DNA of 51,349 bases, counting the filler, from Sphacelaria rigidula (taxonomy: Eukaryota): the NCBI GenBank assembly GCA_964200075.2. It is 4 parts of 4 records of this genome, joined end to end, with 100 filler letters (N's around TTAATTAATTAA, not from the genome) between each part and the next. Parts side by side here need not be neighbours in the genome. Positions count along the whole stretch, not along the records: positions 12,866 to 25,628 come from CAXNAA020003437.1; positions 25,729 to 38,489 come from CAXNAA020003438.1; 2 more parts are not named here. The stretch is one strand, 5' to 3'. Positions 20,380 through 33,255 of the stretch are shown piece by piece. How positions within the stretch are numbered: position 1 is the stretch's first letter; each line of letters starts with the position of its first letter. The notes under the pieces were generated by a model. It was given only the letters and a program-made list of their open reading frames with translations. It did not search any database and was not told the origin of the DNA. A program made the translations under genes and the position numbers.

Positions 20380-20500
20380 GGGGATCTATCTGCGGCATGG
20401 AGAAGAGACTCTCCTACTACTATCTTGACAACTGCTGTGACTGCGCGCAGCGACTGTATCCACTGGTTCAACGTTCAAATCAATGTCCGCTTGCGGAACG
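20380..20500 (+). pseudogene. Frameshifted RING-finger-like remnant
   Basis: SICG...LDNCC, then SDCIHW in a second frame, then RSNQCPL. This resembles the Cx2C...CxH..Cx2C..W....CPxC spacing of RING domains. Confidence 0.4.
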
Positions 20501-22317
20501 AGGGGTGTGTATTGTGTGAGCCCGAGTATCGGTATGGTTACATCAGAGGTCACCGGGGCCGCGCCCCATCCTTGAAACTGCAAACCCGTCGGTTCAAGGT
20601 TCAAAGTTTCACAGACAGTCGTTTGTGACCTTCGAACCAGAGAGCGTTCACTGATCGAACGTTTGCTTGTCGACAAAAACACACGGGATTCAAGCCCTAG
20701 CATGATCAGCTAGGGTTTGCGAACGGTTCGGCCCCGGAGATCTCTGGTGCGAATATGCCGAGACCGGCCTCCAAATATATGTGTTGCTCGTCGAAGCCCG
20801 AGAGAACTACTGCAATAGCCTGGGGTGGAAGCAGTCTTGTTGAGTTAAGGCTGAGTGAATGTCTTCTCTGGTGTCTGCTGCAGTGTTTGGTTCTTATCCC
20901 ACATTGATGCCCACATCAAAGCGTAGCTCAGCATTGTCGGGTGATACGTGCTCGGCACGTTCGGGACGCACCGCTGTGCTTTGTCTTACCAGCTTGCACG
21001 TTCGCCTCGATTTTTACATTTGAACCGCAATTTACGGTTTGCAGCCCATCGAAGAAAATCGGTGTGAATCACAACATATTAGAGCCCTTGAAGTGCACGC
21101 CGTTTACTCTTACTCCCATTTGCATCTTTCACAAGCAAATAAGTGGTCGCTAGAACGGACTGTAAGGACCACTCTTAGAGATCACACTATTTTGGCAGAT
21201 GGCGGACTACATATACACAAAAGTACCATTTCTAGTGACCACTTACTTGGTGCAAATTAGAGGTTAGCACAACGTGCAGGCGGCGCAATCAGCAGAATAT
21301 CCTAGCAGATACATGCGGGCACGTGCAAATGATAAAGTTGGGGACCCTACAACGTCGGAAGAACTTTTGCACGGGTTCTCTATCCAGCAAGGAAGCCCAC
21401 GTATGACTTGAGTCAGAGCTCTTCTTAAGATCATATGGATCATCGGTGTTTTCACGCCCACGAAAAATCGCAAGGCCGGTTCAGCGCAGGGGCCTCCCGT
21501 GTTCCCTGTCTGTTAAACTTGACGGGCTCCTAATTTGCGCTCTAAATTACACCTCCTCGCAGCAGAGGGGTGCAAACGATGAAACTCAGAGACCTTGATT
21601 TGAGCTAATTTTCATTGACATCTGACTGGCCAGAACTGACCCTCTCATCAAGTGTCGCCTACATCTGACCATTATAACATACATTGTTTGCCATCTGGCA
21701 CCAGGAGAGTCACAACGGGCGGTTGGAAATTTTCAGGAGTTAATTTACAAACAAGCAAAGCAAGCATTGCTAGTTTCGCAGATATCATAAAACAAACAGA
21801 CGATGTGCATGTTGAAACCCATCGAGGTGCTAATCGGGGGCGTCGTCGCACAAACACATCTTTGTTTCTGTCTCTGGATTACTTCGACTGATACACCGGC
21901 TCGAACCAGACCACAGCCAACGCGACCGACAAGAGCAACGGCAGTGCAACGTACCTACACCATCTCCATAATCTACAGCTGTAAAGAAAATACCTACTCA
22001 AAAGTAGTCGGTGCTTGTGATTGTACTGGGTACCATGGCAATGACTGTGTTGCTTTAGTCACTACGAGGATATAACAGGTCGTCTTGATGAGTCTCTTGG
22101 AGGTGACATGGTTTTGCTGATGCCGCCGCTATTGCCTATCGGTGGATTCGCATCATCGGCCGTTTCGTCCTTCACTGGTGATCCCGAAAACATCTTATCC
22201 TGCCATACTGTCTGCCATCTCCGTAAGGCGCTCCTGGCACGGCACAGCAGGAATATAAGTACCCCTTGTGAGAGGCTGCCATTCAACTTCGAGCGAATGG
22301 GTGAGGTGCGACTTTAC

Positions 22318-22432
22318 TATGATCATGATCATCGTCATGATCATCGTAATGATCATCGTCATCATCATCATCATTATCATTATCATTATTTCCGCGCATT
22401 AGCCCGACCTCTCGAACCCGTGATCACACACG
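22318..22432 (-). repeat. (CAT/GAT)n microsatellite adjoining the same repeat end as 9117-9160
   Basis: CCGCGCATTAGCCCGACCTCTCGAACCCGT follows the tract. Confidence 0.65.
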
Positions 22433-23139
22433 TAGACTCATCTCTCCAATACACATGAAAAAATAAAATAAAAGACAAGAGGAAAAAATATTGCTACCAA
22501 GCGAGGGTCAAATCGACAACCCCAGGTACCCTTAAAGACAAATACCAAAGCTGTTCGGAAGACGGCAGATGCACTAGCGAGTATACTACGCGACGGTCTA
22601 CTCGTTACGTTTCCGTGGCCCTCGCTAGGCATGGAGGTAACTCTAGCGGTATCACAGCAAACAATTCCATAGGCCCAATAATGTTCAAGAAATATTCTTT
22701 GTAGAAGTCCTGAATGTCTGGAAAGCTCCAAACGGCCCATTCTTATCGAGTTGTGCCGTCGCTGGTAGATTTTCGTCATGTACACAGCGCTGATCTCGCC
22801 GTTGGCTCGCCTTCACCTGTCGGAGGACGCTACTCCTGTCAGCCCACAATGCTTTGTACCCTCCGACATGGCTCAGGGTACCACTGGCAAGGTACTTGAT
22901 GACTCTCAAGCGCTTGCAAGCGCCACGGCGTACACAAAGGGCGGCTACTCGAAATGCTGCATCGCCGTCCGAATTTTGCGGACGTCTTCAAAAATGAATC
23001 TTCGGAGAAAAAACCAAGCCGCTCTACTTTCGTAGAAGTCTGAACGTGAGAGTTCAAAAAGTCTGAAAATTTCGGAGTTCTCCGAAAAAGTAGTGTCGAT
23101 AATAATGGGCATTGGCATGGCGCGCTTTGGTCTATACTT

Positions 23140-23600
23140 TCATGCACATTTATCCCCCTCCTCTATGATCCGGTACCATTCGGAAACGTCTTGGGCAACC
23201 TGAGTCCACGATGTCGCGTTTACTTCGACGTTACTCCGAGGTCGGAGCAGTTTCCGTGACACCGTGTTGCAGGCGTCTTACTGGTCGACCTGCCTTCGTC
23301 CTCCCTCCCACCATTACTCCACACATGACGATATTGCTGGGAAGGCGCTCGTCGTGCATGCGCACGGAACCCGAGTTGGGCATGCCGCAACGCATCAAAT
23401 GTATCGTGCGCGACTTTCCAGGTCACGCAGCAGTATAGCATGACCTTGATTACTTCCGCCTTCAGGAGACGAACCTTGGTGACCAGGGGGACGTACGGTT
23501 TGTCTTATACCGCTCTGCGGTACTTGTGGAAGCACGTCCAGGCCTGGGCAATGCGGCTCAGGAATGACATCGTCTGTGTTACCGGTTTTGCTGTCGAGAC
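23140..23600 (-). mobile_element. RTE-clade non-LTR retrotransposon (LINE) 3' fragment, degenerate
   Basis: Minus-strand translation gives SRIAQAWTCFHKYRRAV*DKPYVPLVTKVRLLKAEVIKVMLYCCVTW, then MHDERLP...GGRTKAGRPVRRL, then SWTQVAQDVSEWYRIIEEG. These are typical post-RT motifs of RTE elements. Stops, frameshifts and an internal deletion are present. Confidence 0.75.
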
Positions 23601-25014
23601 AGATGAAGGACTTAACTCGCTTGTATCTTCGGCTTGCTGCCCCACATTGACCACATCATTAATGCTCTTGTAAGACTGCTATGTCGTGTACTCCGCAGGT
23701 ATTTGGTGGGCTTTTTTACTTTTCATGACTCGTTCTCCGCGTGAAGAGTGCTAAAGATGTCGATCGCTGAGATGGTGTTGGGCGCTCAGTTGGTCGTGGT
23801 CCAAAGCATTTCAGCACACATCGCTCAACAAAGTCATTACCGATGGAAGCCCAAATTCAGAGTGTTTAATTTGTACTTGGTCTTAGGACAGCGTTGCATT
23901 TTCCGTTCGCATTTCCGTTTTTCGGCTTTTCCCCCGAAATATTAAGTGTACGCGCGGGATACACTTCGCCCACTAACGCGAAGGCCGTGCGGGTGCCTTG
24001 CAGCATGACGAAAACACTACGCTTTCGGGGTAAAGGTCTAAAGCGTCGTTTGCCTCGTGTGTCGGGTGTGTTCGGTATCAGAGGTTCCCGCGTTTCCGTC
24101 GCCGCCAGAGACTACCCTTGGAGGCCCAGGCTAAGATTACAATCTAGTACCCCCGAACTCCAGCCCCCACATCGTTGCCCAGAGAGCTGCACTATACCTA
24201 TAGCGGATGAAATATGGTAGAAATGGACCTGTGTTCGGGTACGGGTTTGAGGGCACATGATTCTTCACAGAGGGCACCCCGGTTTTATTGCATGGTTGTT
24301 TTCGAAAGTCGGAGAGCAAAATGAATGGCAGGTACCGTATCGAATCCGTTTTGTCACACACCTCATTCGTACGCTTCGCCCCTGTCTGATGGCGTCTTGG
24401 GCCTTAATCATTGGCGCGATTCCCCCGTATATCCGAAGCAACGCCGATTCAGCCATCAGTATCCTTCGGCTGATCCATAGCTTTGAGACGTCGAGCGTGT
24501 TCCTGTGTTGGTTATCAGGGACGTGTGCACAATTTGACATAGTACACCGAACCACCGCACGTTTGCGACAAGCGAGTAGATCTACAGCGAATGGGATGCG
24601 TTCACCGCAGATTCGTGATTTCGAATCGGTTCCAACATGAACCCTTTGTCGGCAACGGAGCCTGCTTTCGTCTATTTGTGCCAGGGGAAATCGCTGTCGA
24701 CTCGACTTACATGTATAAACGCTCATGCTATGAACACCCCTCATTGCTTTACAGCCGAACGCCTAGCCGTGGGTACATCAGCCGGATATATCATCACTAA
24801 ATTTGGACGGGCTTTGAGTTTGTTTTTCTTCTAGTTCCCGTCGTCCAAAACCCTTAGAACGAGAGATGGGTGAAGCATGAAATTTCTTAAAAGTTCGCCG
24901 ATGGCGGGAGCGCCGGTCCGGTGCTCCGTATGAAAGTGCAGGGCAAACGACGGGGGAATAATGGATTAACCCCTTGACTCCCTAAGACTGCGGATTCTTT
25001 CCGACGCGGGAGCG

Positions 25015-25255
25015 CAGGGTGTACTCATGATCTTGCATGCTGTAGTCATGAGACCATCGACCCCGCATCCCTAGAAAGCCTGAAACGGAACACGCCGGGT
25101 TTTCGCCGGACCAGGCTCGCAATCAATCACCGAGCGCGAAGCACCATGGTGTGTTCGGCGAGTCGCATGAAGGGTTAGCTGTATCCTGCTAAGATAGTTT
25201 GGCCGGAAGCGTACTGGTTATCTTGCAATTGGATGGCAGCCTCCAATGAGTTGCT
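25015..25255 (+). repeat. High-copy dispersed repeat (other copies at 12697-12765 -, 25562-25628 +, 29070-29520 -)
   Basis: GGGTGTACTCATGATCTTGCATG...CACGCCGGGTTTTCGCCGGACCAGG...TGTTCGGCGAGTCGCATGAAGGGT...TTATCTTGCA is shared between copies. Two copies abut contig ends. Confidence 0.8.
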
Positions 25256-25628
25256 TCATTTTCTGGTATCGCCACTTCTAGAGGCATCCGTGGGCTACAC
25301 ACTGCCTCGTGGGTGTCTCACGATTGAAACACTACGTAGTATGATCATTTCCTTTGTGCGGAGTTGAGGTTCTCCCACACCGCACAACATGATCTAGCTC
25401 GACCACCATCATGGTAACCAGAAAAAAAATGCAGGCGCAAATAAATCGGTAACCTGGTTGCCTAGCTTACGCAGTGAGTGGCGTGTTTTATAGCGTCATT
25501 GCCAACGGACGCCAACCTTTGAGGGAAACCCGGGGGGGAGGGAGGGGAAACCTCGGTGGGAGGGGGTGTACTCATGATCATGCATGCCATAGCCATAGCA
25601 CCATTGACCTCGCATCCCTACAAAACCG

Positions 25629-25728
25629 NNNNNNNNNNNNNNNNNNNNNNNNNNNNNNNNNNNNNNNNNNNNTTAATTAATTAANNNNNNNNNNNNNNNN
25701 NNNNNNNNNNNNNNNNNNNNNNNNNNNN
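25629..25728. other. Artificial contig spacer with TTAATTAATTAA linker
   Basis: 100-bp N run with the linker at 25673-25684. Confidence 0.97.
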
Positions 25729-25864
25729 CGGGCCGAGGAAATCATGAATTTGATGATTTTGAGTCGTGATGATTTGTCCTAACCGTGAAATATTGCAAGG
25801 TTGTGAATTGTAGAATATACGGGCTGAAACTAAGAATGGGGTAAATGTTAAAGAGGTGGTTTAT

Positions 25865-26030
25865 CGGCAAGTATCCCCTGTCAAACCATATCCGGGTTTT
25901 CGGAACGGTGCTCGACACCCTGTCACACCATACCGGGATGTTCGGTACATATTTCCGGTATAGTTCAGTATGCCAATAAAAAAAGTCCTCGACTTCCGAA
26001 TATACGCTGTATAGGGACAGAGTACAAACC
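25865..26030 (+). repeat. Dispersed repeat; second copy at 35160-35322
   Basis: TTCGGAACG..GCTCGA.ACCCTG..CCATACCGG.ATG...TTCCGGT.T.GTT.AGTAT.CC is shared between the two copies. Confidence 0.65.
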
Positions 26031-26334
26031 TGAAATATTCATTTAATATACCTATGGTACCTGTCCGGCCTGCGCCTTTAGCACCTTTGGCACGAGCCAT
26101 ATCACTGTCGCCGTGTACACCTGCTCGATTTGCGATCTATCAGCTTTCTATACGTCGGTCAAATGAGTGAAATCTTTATGGCATAACCTTGGAACAAAAG
26201 CTAGGGGGCATGTTTCCAGTGGATGCGAAGACTGGTTTTGGGGTGCGAGCAGGTCGCAGAACCGTTGCCAACGGTGCTGTACATGCATGTACCGGTTTTG
26301 TATAGTTCGTCGCACTTTTTTTATTTTATTGATA

Positions 26335-26470
26335 CCCCTTCTCAGGACGAGTCCGTTGTCTAATGGTCTAATGGTATTTTAGTCTCGAGAGATCAACATA
26401 TATTTCCCGCGGCACACGCTCTACGTTTTGGTGTCGCGGATTGAATCAGCACCACTCGCGCACCGCGTCC
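26335..26470 (+). repeat. Dispersed repeat; further copies at 31225-31320 (+) and about 20160-20260 (-)
   Basis: GGACGAGTCCGT.GTCTAA...GATCAAC...CGG.ACACG...TTGGT.TCGCGGATTG.ATC is shared. Confidence 0.6.
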
Positions 26471-27691
26471 ACGGTCGTCAGATTAACTATTTTGGTACTC
26501 ACGCTCCTAAGTCTTCAACCACACAAATCAGATGCTTTTCGGAAAAAACCCATCGAACATGGCAAGCCGCAGGCATGTCAAGGCATGCGCAGTAAGGCAG
26601 GCCGCAGGGGAATTTTTTCGGGTAGCGCAACTGCGGCATTCGCCTTATACACATACCTCTAAATTTCTTGGATGCCTTTCTTCATGCTTGACGTGCTTTT
26701 TTTGGGGCAAGGCAAAATGCCTCACAAATTGCCCTACACGTGCCTTCCTTTCCCTTTGGGCTGATGTGATGCTATCTAGTTGACGGCACGCCGGCACGGC
26801 TCAACGCCCGTAAGCAAGTGTGCTGTGTGCGTGCACTAGCCGAACAGCTGTGTGGATATGTGTGAGGAGTAAAAAGTGAGAGCTCCGCAGCGCAGCAGCA
26901 AGGGCAAGGCAATTTAGCGTGTGATGGAGAGAAATTGCGGCGTCGCCTTGTCGTCCCGTTTTTGGTATGGCGTTAACTTGGCCTCTCTCTTCTCTCTCGA
27001 CCCAGCGACTTGCGCTGAACGCAACCTAGAGGAGACGGGAAAAGCCGAAGAACACGCACAGTGGTGTGGTTGCATATAGTAGTGCAACACACGCACAGGT
27101 GCGAGGACAACCAAGCTGACTAGCACAATTTAGATTGAAGGCAGCTACCACAGAAGCAGGTTGTGTTGCGCCCGCAGGACGATGGGCAGCTACACCAGCT
27201 TTTGGCGACGACGCTGCGGGAATTGAACCACCCCTTCACTTGAACACTGTGCCGCTCAGCTCTCACGAGGATTGATTTGGTGTGTTTGTCATACCCTACT
27301 CTGCAGTTTGCAGTATTAGTTTGCAGGTTGCAGTCTCCAGTATAGTTTGCAGTTTGCAGTTCCAGTCTGCAGAATTGCATCAGAAGGGAGTTCCGTAGGA
27401 AAATCTCCTCCCCCTATATCCCCATGAGGTAATCATGACCCTTAGTTTTAGGGAGTTCTCGTCTGACGGCGTTATCTTATACGTGGCTCTTGTGTGAGTT
27501 GGGAAGATATCGGCATTTCAGGCAACGAACACTGTCCCACGCTACCTTTTGTGAAAAGGGGTTTCAAGGTGAAAAGTAAGACACGGCTTATTTGTCAGGG
27601 CTTATTTTAATTCCCCCCCCCCCTCTCTCTGTCCTTGCTGTCGACTGTCGATGATTGATGCCGATTGTTGACATATGTCTCGGCATTTCAG

Positions 27692-27790
27692 ACTTCATCA
27701 CTAGGTTCTTTGGAGAGATCTCCCCAACTCTGCTGCCCGTGCCCGGCGTTGACACGGCCACCTACCAGAAGCAGCTTGTAGAGCGATTCG
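27692..27790 (+). CDS. M2DH: Mannitol-2-dehydrogenase, internal exon (first one visible on this contig)
   Basis: ttcag|...|gtgag encodes (D)FITRFFGEISPTLLPVPGVDTATYQKQLVERF, which matches the ExxPTLxPVPGxDxxxYxxxLxERF motif of the mannitol dehydrogenase C-terminal domain. Confidence 0.9.
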
Positions 27791-29069
27791 GTGAGTCATC
27801 GTATTTCAAGTTTACTTCAGCGCGCCCTTGCTCAGGTGTTTGAGCTACTTTTGCTAATGATGCTACAGCTTGTCGCCTTCCGGCGGTTGAATCGTCATGA
27901 CCGTCATCGGCACGTATATATGTATATATATATACACATGTACTTGGTGCACGTAATATGGATAATGTTCTACCCCAAAAGTTTTGCTCCGTCTCGAAAG
28001 GGATGCGCGGTCAATGGTCAAACGACTAAGGCAAACAATAAATTAGTACGCACCCCACCCCCCCACCCCCATAAGCATCGGCACTTGGTCTTACGCGGGG
28101 CATGATCGATGCCGTTTATTCATTTATTTTTCAAATCCATGTTGTACTATTTTCCAAATACTGCATGTCTTTTTCGGTTGAGCTACAAAGATTTTGACGG
28201 GGGTCCGCGAATTCCGCCGCGTGAGCATCGTGCATTATTCGTGTGTGTGCGAGGCGAAGAACAGACACCTGCCGAAAGAATACCATGTTGTTGCTCCAAT
28301 ACTTTTTGAGCAGGAATATATACTGTAGTCGGCGCAAGTCCTGGGGGATTGGCAAGGCGGATGCGATCTTCATTACGTATTTATCGCCGCTCAACCCCGG
28401 TCAGTTGGGGAAAATTGTGTGGTGCACGTGCACGGTGGAGCTGTATACTCTGCTGAATCCTGCTGGCGAGACTGTCACGAAACGGCTAAGAATAGGCCTG
28501 ACATGGGGAAACTTTGACCCCCAAACCCTGACGATTTAGCTTGTAACCCAGAAAGTTCCATGTTTATAGCAGTCTTCCATGTGTTGGGTTTCGATGGCGC
28601 ATCCATCAAATGCCAAAGTTTTCGCGAAGCATAACAATCTGTGCCTGTGCGACGGACACGGTTTGGTGTTCTTGATTAGTTCTACATGATCCGCCACGTG
28701 TTCCTCTTCAGTTGGTTCCGCCGGTACTGTAGTATTACGGCGTAGGCGTTTGCGCTTTGAAACGCCTTAGCCGTTTATCGCTGTGGCTAGTCCACCTCCA
28801 CCCAGTGAGTGGTACTTGGCTCTAGAGTTTGGTATTCGCGGCTACATTTATTGTCTGCAGTTTTCGAATTATTCGTTCCGCATATGTTCTTTCAACGTCT
28901 TGTCCCTACCTTCACGGTGCCCCGTAAATACTAGTTCTTCTGTTGTAAGTAGTCGAGGCGCGTAGGATGATTTGACCGTCCCCCTTCCCCACATGCACGG
29001 TGAGACACCCATAAGGCATTGTGTAAGCCGTGGCTATCTCTGGAAGTGGTGCCACCAGGAAATGAAGTA

Positions 29070-29520
29070 AGTCATTGGAGGCTAACATTCAAATGCAAGA
29101 TAATCAGTTGGCTTAGGTCCGAACAATCTCAGCGGGATGCAGATGCAGCTTACCCTTCATGCGACTCGCCGAACAAACACATCACGGCGCTTTGCGCTTA
29201 GTGATTGATCGCGACCCTGGTCCGGCGAAAACCCGGCGTGCTCCGTCCCGGCTTTGTACGGATGCGAGGTCAATGGTCTTATGACTATGGCATGCAAGAT
29301 GATGGGTACACCCTCCTCTCCTACATGCAAAATAATAAGTACGCTTCTGGCCGAACAATTGTACTACGGCGCAGCTCACCCTTCACACCACTCGCCGAAC
29401 ACATCATGCCGCTGTGTGGTTGGTGGTGGCGAGCCTTGTCCAGCGAACATCCGGTGTCCTCCGACGCGGGTTTGTAGGGATGCGAGATCAATGGTCTTCC
29501 CACTACGGCATGCAAAACCA
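29070..29520 (-). repeat. Two tandem copies of the 25015-25255 repeat family inside an M2DH intron
   Basis: The reverse complement aligns with 25015-25255. A second, partial unit lies at about 29325-29520. Confidence 0.75.
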
Positions 29521-29737
29521 TGAAGCCCCCCCCCCCCCCCCCCCCACCAACCCACCTACAACCCGGGAGGGCGACCCCCCACCCCAAGACAACATCAGCG
29601 GGTGTGTGGGTCGGGGNNNNNNNNNNCTCGTGTGCGGGTATTATGGAAATAAAAGTCAACGACTCTCCCAATACGTCCATCAAACAACAGAAGCCCCCCC
29701 CCCCCCCCGAAAAAAAAACGTATTTAACGCTGTGAAG

Positions 29738-29817
29738 GTAACCCCTACATCAAGGACAAGCTTGTGCGGTTGGCTGAGGATGGTTCGAAGAAGATGCCCA
29801 ACACGCTGAGGGAGGGG
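29738..29817 (+). CDS. M2DH: Mannitol-2-dehydrogenase exon
   Basis: aag|GT AAC...GGG|gtgag. The phase matches the previous exon. Encodes (G)NPYIKDKLVRLAEDGSKKMPNTLREG, the NPxIxDxLxRxxxDGSxK motif. Confidence 0.92.
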
Positions 29818-30212
29818 GTGAGTCGCGTTTCGTCGTTGATTGACGGGCGTCTTCTTTTTTCTGCCTGTATTTGTCGGTAGAACGCCATTCCACAGAAGTG
29901 CTGTGAATTTTGCTCGCGGTGGCCGGTTGCTGTTGGGATGATGGTAGCGCGATGCTTTCATACGCTATGGTGTAGTTAAAGGAAGTTCCACGACCGCTTC
30001 ATTTTTTTTTTCTAAAGATGATATGGAGAGATGATATATATACATACTTGTTCTCGTTGCTTTTTCTCGGGTTGTAAAAATGTTCTAAATGTTCCCTGGA
30101 AGCTTCAACATGGCCCGACAGCAGGGCGTGCTTGCTGAATTTAGATAAGTAAACATTACCGATTGGTCGTAATTTGTTGGTACTTGATTTTACTTGATTT
30201 CAGAGTAAACAC

Positions 30213-30415
30213 CGATATTCGGATCTTTAGAGGAGCTGGCAGTCCAAAGTGCTCCTGGCCCGTCTAAAATGTGTTTTTGTCCAACTTCGGCGCCGATTTG
30301 AAGGCTCGCAACGCACACTTTGCCTAGGAAATACCAAGGACCCTCCTTGCCCGAGGGTTCTCGGTATGCTTTAGTCGAGGTTAGCGTTAGCGTGAGCGTT
30401 AGGGTGAGGGTTGGC
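30213..30415 (-). repeat. Second copy of the telomere-repeat-bearing element, in an M2DH intron
   Basis: GGTTAGCGTTAGCGTGAGCGTTAGGGTGAGGGTT plus blocks homologous to 5058-5295. Confidence 0.65.
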
Positions 30416-30572
30416 GGTATCTAAATAATACCGACCACTGTTTACGACCAATGAGTAAGGTCCCCTCATTTAGATGGCGATGGCGATTGGTTTTAGATGA
30501 TGCTCATGCTGCCGCTGCTGCCGCTGCTTCTGCTGCTGCTACTGCTGCTGATGACGATGATGGTAATGCCAG

Positions 30573-30683
30573 GTGCTGGAGCTAGAAGAGAAGGGTTTGC
30601 CGACCACCGTTATCGCTTTGGCCAACGCGGCGTGGATCCGTTTCATGACGGGAGACCTCGAGAACGGGGATCCCATCGTTGGG
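30573..30683 (+). CDS. M2DH: Mannitol-2-dehydrogenase exon
   Basis: cag|...|gtaag, 111 nt, phase 0. Encodes VLELEEKGLPTTVIALANAAWIRFMTGDLENGDPIVG (ALAxAxWxRxxxG..ExGxPI motif). Confidence 0.9.
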
Positions 30684-32341
30684 GTAAGTTTCATAGCATA
30701 CAAAATAATTCACGTGCCGTGGTATACGTTGCATACGACTCCGGGAAGATGAGTTTCGGGGACGGACAAGTCATCACCCGGGGTGGTATTTGGGGGTGTT
30801 ATCCGACGTTTGTGGCTGCCATGCTGTAGACACACGATGTCAAGTACGAACCAAACTTCCATCACCCCAGGGTATTAGTAAGGAGGTCGTCTGCTACGTC
30901 TCAGTGATGTAGACCATTTTCGTTGTTCTGTTTAGTCACTTGGATTGGATATCAAGCGCCGGCTATTCGTCAACTTGATACCAGTCCACACGTAATATTT
31001 TTGATTTTTGATTTTTTTTCCCCCTTGTTCTCACTTTTACGCGTTCGTGACATTTTTTATAGGTCCTGTATTATTTGTTCCTATCTCCTTATGATACCTA
31101 ATTTTGACTTGTTAGTCGATGACCACGGAAGGCCTCCGCACCAGAAGCCAAGTACGGAGATAATAGTAATGAGTAGAGGTCGGAACGGTTTTGAATGTGA
31201 AGACAACAACAACAAATTCTGACTCCTCCCTTTCCTCGGGACGAGTCCGTGGTCTAAAGGGATCAACCCATGTCTCCCCCGGTACACGCCTCCTTACATA
31301 TTGGTATCGCGGATTGGATCATGATCATGACCGTTGGATCATGACCATCAGCACTCCGGCGCCGTGTCGACTGTCGTCTAATAAACTCGACCGAACAGAC
31401 TCAGACTATCTTTGCCACTCATATTCTCACGCCCTCAAATACACAAAGAGATGACTCTACTTCTGCCACAAATGGGCCAAACTTGACGCATGTAGCGGGG
31501 ATCACACCCGCGTTTTCCCCACCCTAGTGGTGGCAGTGGTAACATATGACCACCGCGGCGCGGTGGCCAGATATTGAGACCCCCATCGCCCGCCTAGCCC
31601 TCCCTATCCAGACTCCATCGCTGTCCTTGACCCAGTCTTGAGTTTTGATACTACCTCATGAGTGTAGATGTATGGATAGGTAGCACTGTTGGGCATTTGA
31701 ACCCTGCAGTCCTTGCTTCAACCCTAACGGCTGGTCTGTGCAGGTCCATAGCCCGGTGGTGGCACCTGTTTCATTGTGTTGAGCGATACCGCGGCACGCC
31801 GGTCGTCAAAGTGGCATGTCCACCGAACGCTTGCTTGGGCAGATTCTGTCGGGTCGAATCTATCCAAACTTTTTTTTTCTCCCTGGTTTCCGTCTCCCAA
31901 AAACGTGAGAACGGCTGCTACCAAAACAATGTAAAAGTTCCATCACAGATCAGATCACTGGGCTGGAGAACTAACTCAACCCTTGAAAATGAAGTACTCG
32001 GCAAGTACTGGGGGGGAGGGTATTCATGTGTTGCTTGCCTTCGTCGTTTGACCATTGACCGCACATTCCTTTCGAGACGGAGCAGGTACTAGGGAGAGAT
32101 GAAGCCATTGTTTCCGTTCCGAGCAAGTCGGGGCAGTAAGAAGAACCGCGAAAAGGGGGAGATGTTGAAATCCTAGTCTAGAATCTCAGGTTGCAGTGTT
32201 TTGGGCGGCTGGCTTGCTTCAAATTCGCACAGAAGAGCTGTACTGGATTGATTACCTCACCCTAACTTTACCGAAACCGCATCCCACCCCAAACCCGAAC
32301 CCTCGCGTTGACATCAATGTTGACGTTACCGGTGGCTTCAG

Positions 32342-32494
32342 ATCAAAGACCCTGCAGCGGCTACGTTGCAAGATCTTGCCCAAAGGGCTCTGTCTGGGGT
32401 TGCCGACGGTGGGGAGCCGAAGCCTGACGAGTTCATGGAGCTTGTGTTCGGCATGGAGATCGTAGAACTCGAGGGGTTCATGGGGCAGCTGAAG
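32342..32494 (+). CDS. M2DH: Mannitol-2-dehydrogenase exon
   Basis: ttcag|...|gtgag, 153 nt, phase 0. Encodes IKDPAAATLQDLAQRALSGVADGGEPKPDEFMELVFGMEIVELEGFMGQLK. Confidence 0.88.
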
Positions 32495-32899
32495 GTGAGA
32501 TATCATGATGAGGAAGCGAAACCAGCTTGTTTATTAATTGGCTGACCGGAACAACGGGGGGGACGGACAGCAGGGTTTTGGAATGATGAAATGAAGGGAG
32601 AGCTGGTCGAAACCGAGTGGCGAGAACTCCGGCAAGCAAGGTTCGTGGAGATTACTGTGCTTGAAAGGGTTCACGGCAGACTTGTTAAAAAGTCGCTGAA
32701 GTCAGTGACTCCACGAGGTCAAAATATATTTGAAAGTCAGTTATCTCAACACACTGTGAGACGGTTTGAGTTGATGTGAACTCACGACGGGAAAAAATGA
32801 CCTCCATGTGTCAGAAGAATGACCCAAGTATCGCCACATATGATGGGATGGTTACGACAGTGGTGAAGGTGGGGGTGGTATCGAGCCCGCAGATACCCG

Positions 32900-33255
32900 T
32901 CGTTTTGAGGGTATCCGCAGCACCGAGGACTCCAGAGTGGAGCTGGGTTACCAATGCCCTACATCTACATACTTGGTATTCCGGAGAAGGTGGGGTGTCG
33001 GCTGTAGGAACATGCCCAGTATTTGACGGTACTGATCATTGGGGAAAAAAGGATGAACGCGTCGGCCCGCCGCCAATTTGGTGCTTTCGTGCGAGTGGCG
33101 CCGATAACATTTCGGTTCATTGGTGGCTTGCGGCCGTTGATTCGGCGCGAGAACTGTGTGACGTCGCCCGTGCGCGGGTCATGTGTTGTACCAAGGAGGA
33201 GTGGGAAGCCGAGAGGGCGAAGATAGGGGTCGGTGGAGAAATAGGCAAGCCCTAG
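32900..33255 (+). mobile_element. Possible highly degraded RTE-like LINE 3' fragment in an M2DH intron
   Basis: The peptide HWWLAAVDSARELCDVARARVMCCTKEEWEAER loosely resembles the WxxxAxDxxxW tail of RTE ORFs. The match is weak. Confidence 0.3.

Noticed and set aside
30497..30829. 110-aa ORF with a signal-peptide-like poly-Leu
   Set aside because: It is an intronic (CTG)n/(ATG)n tract read into the M2DH exon in the wrong frame.
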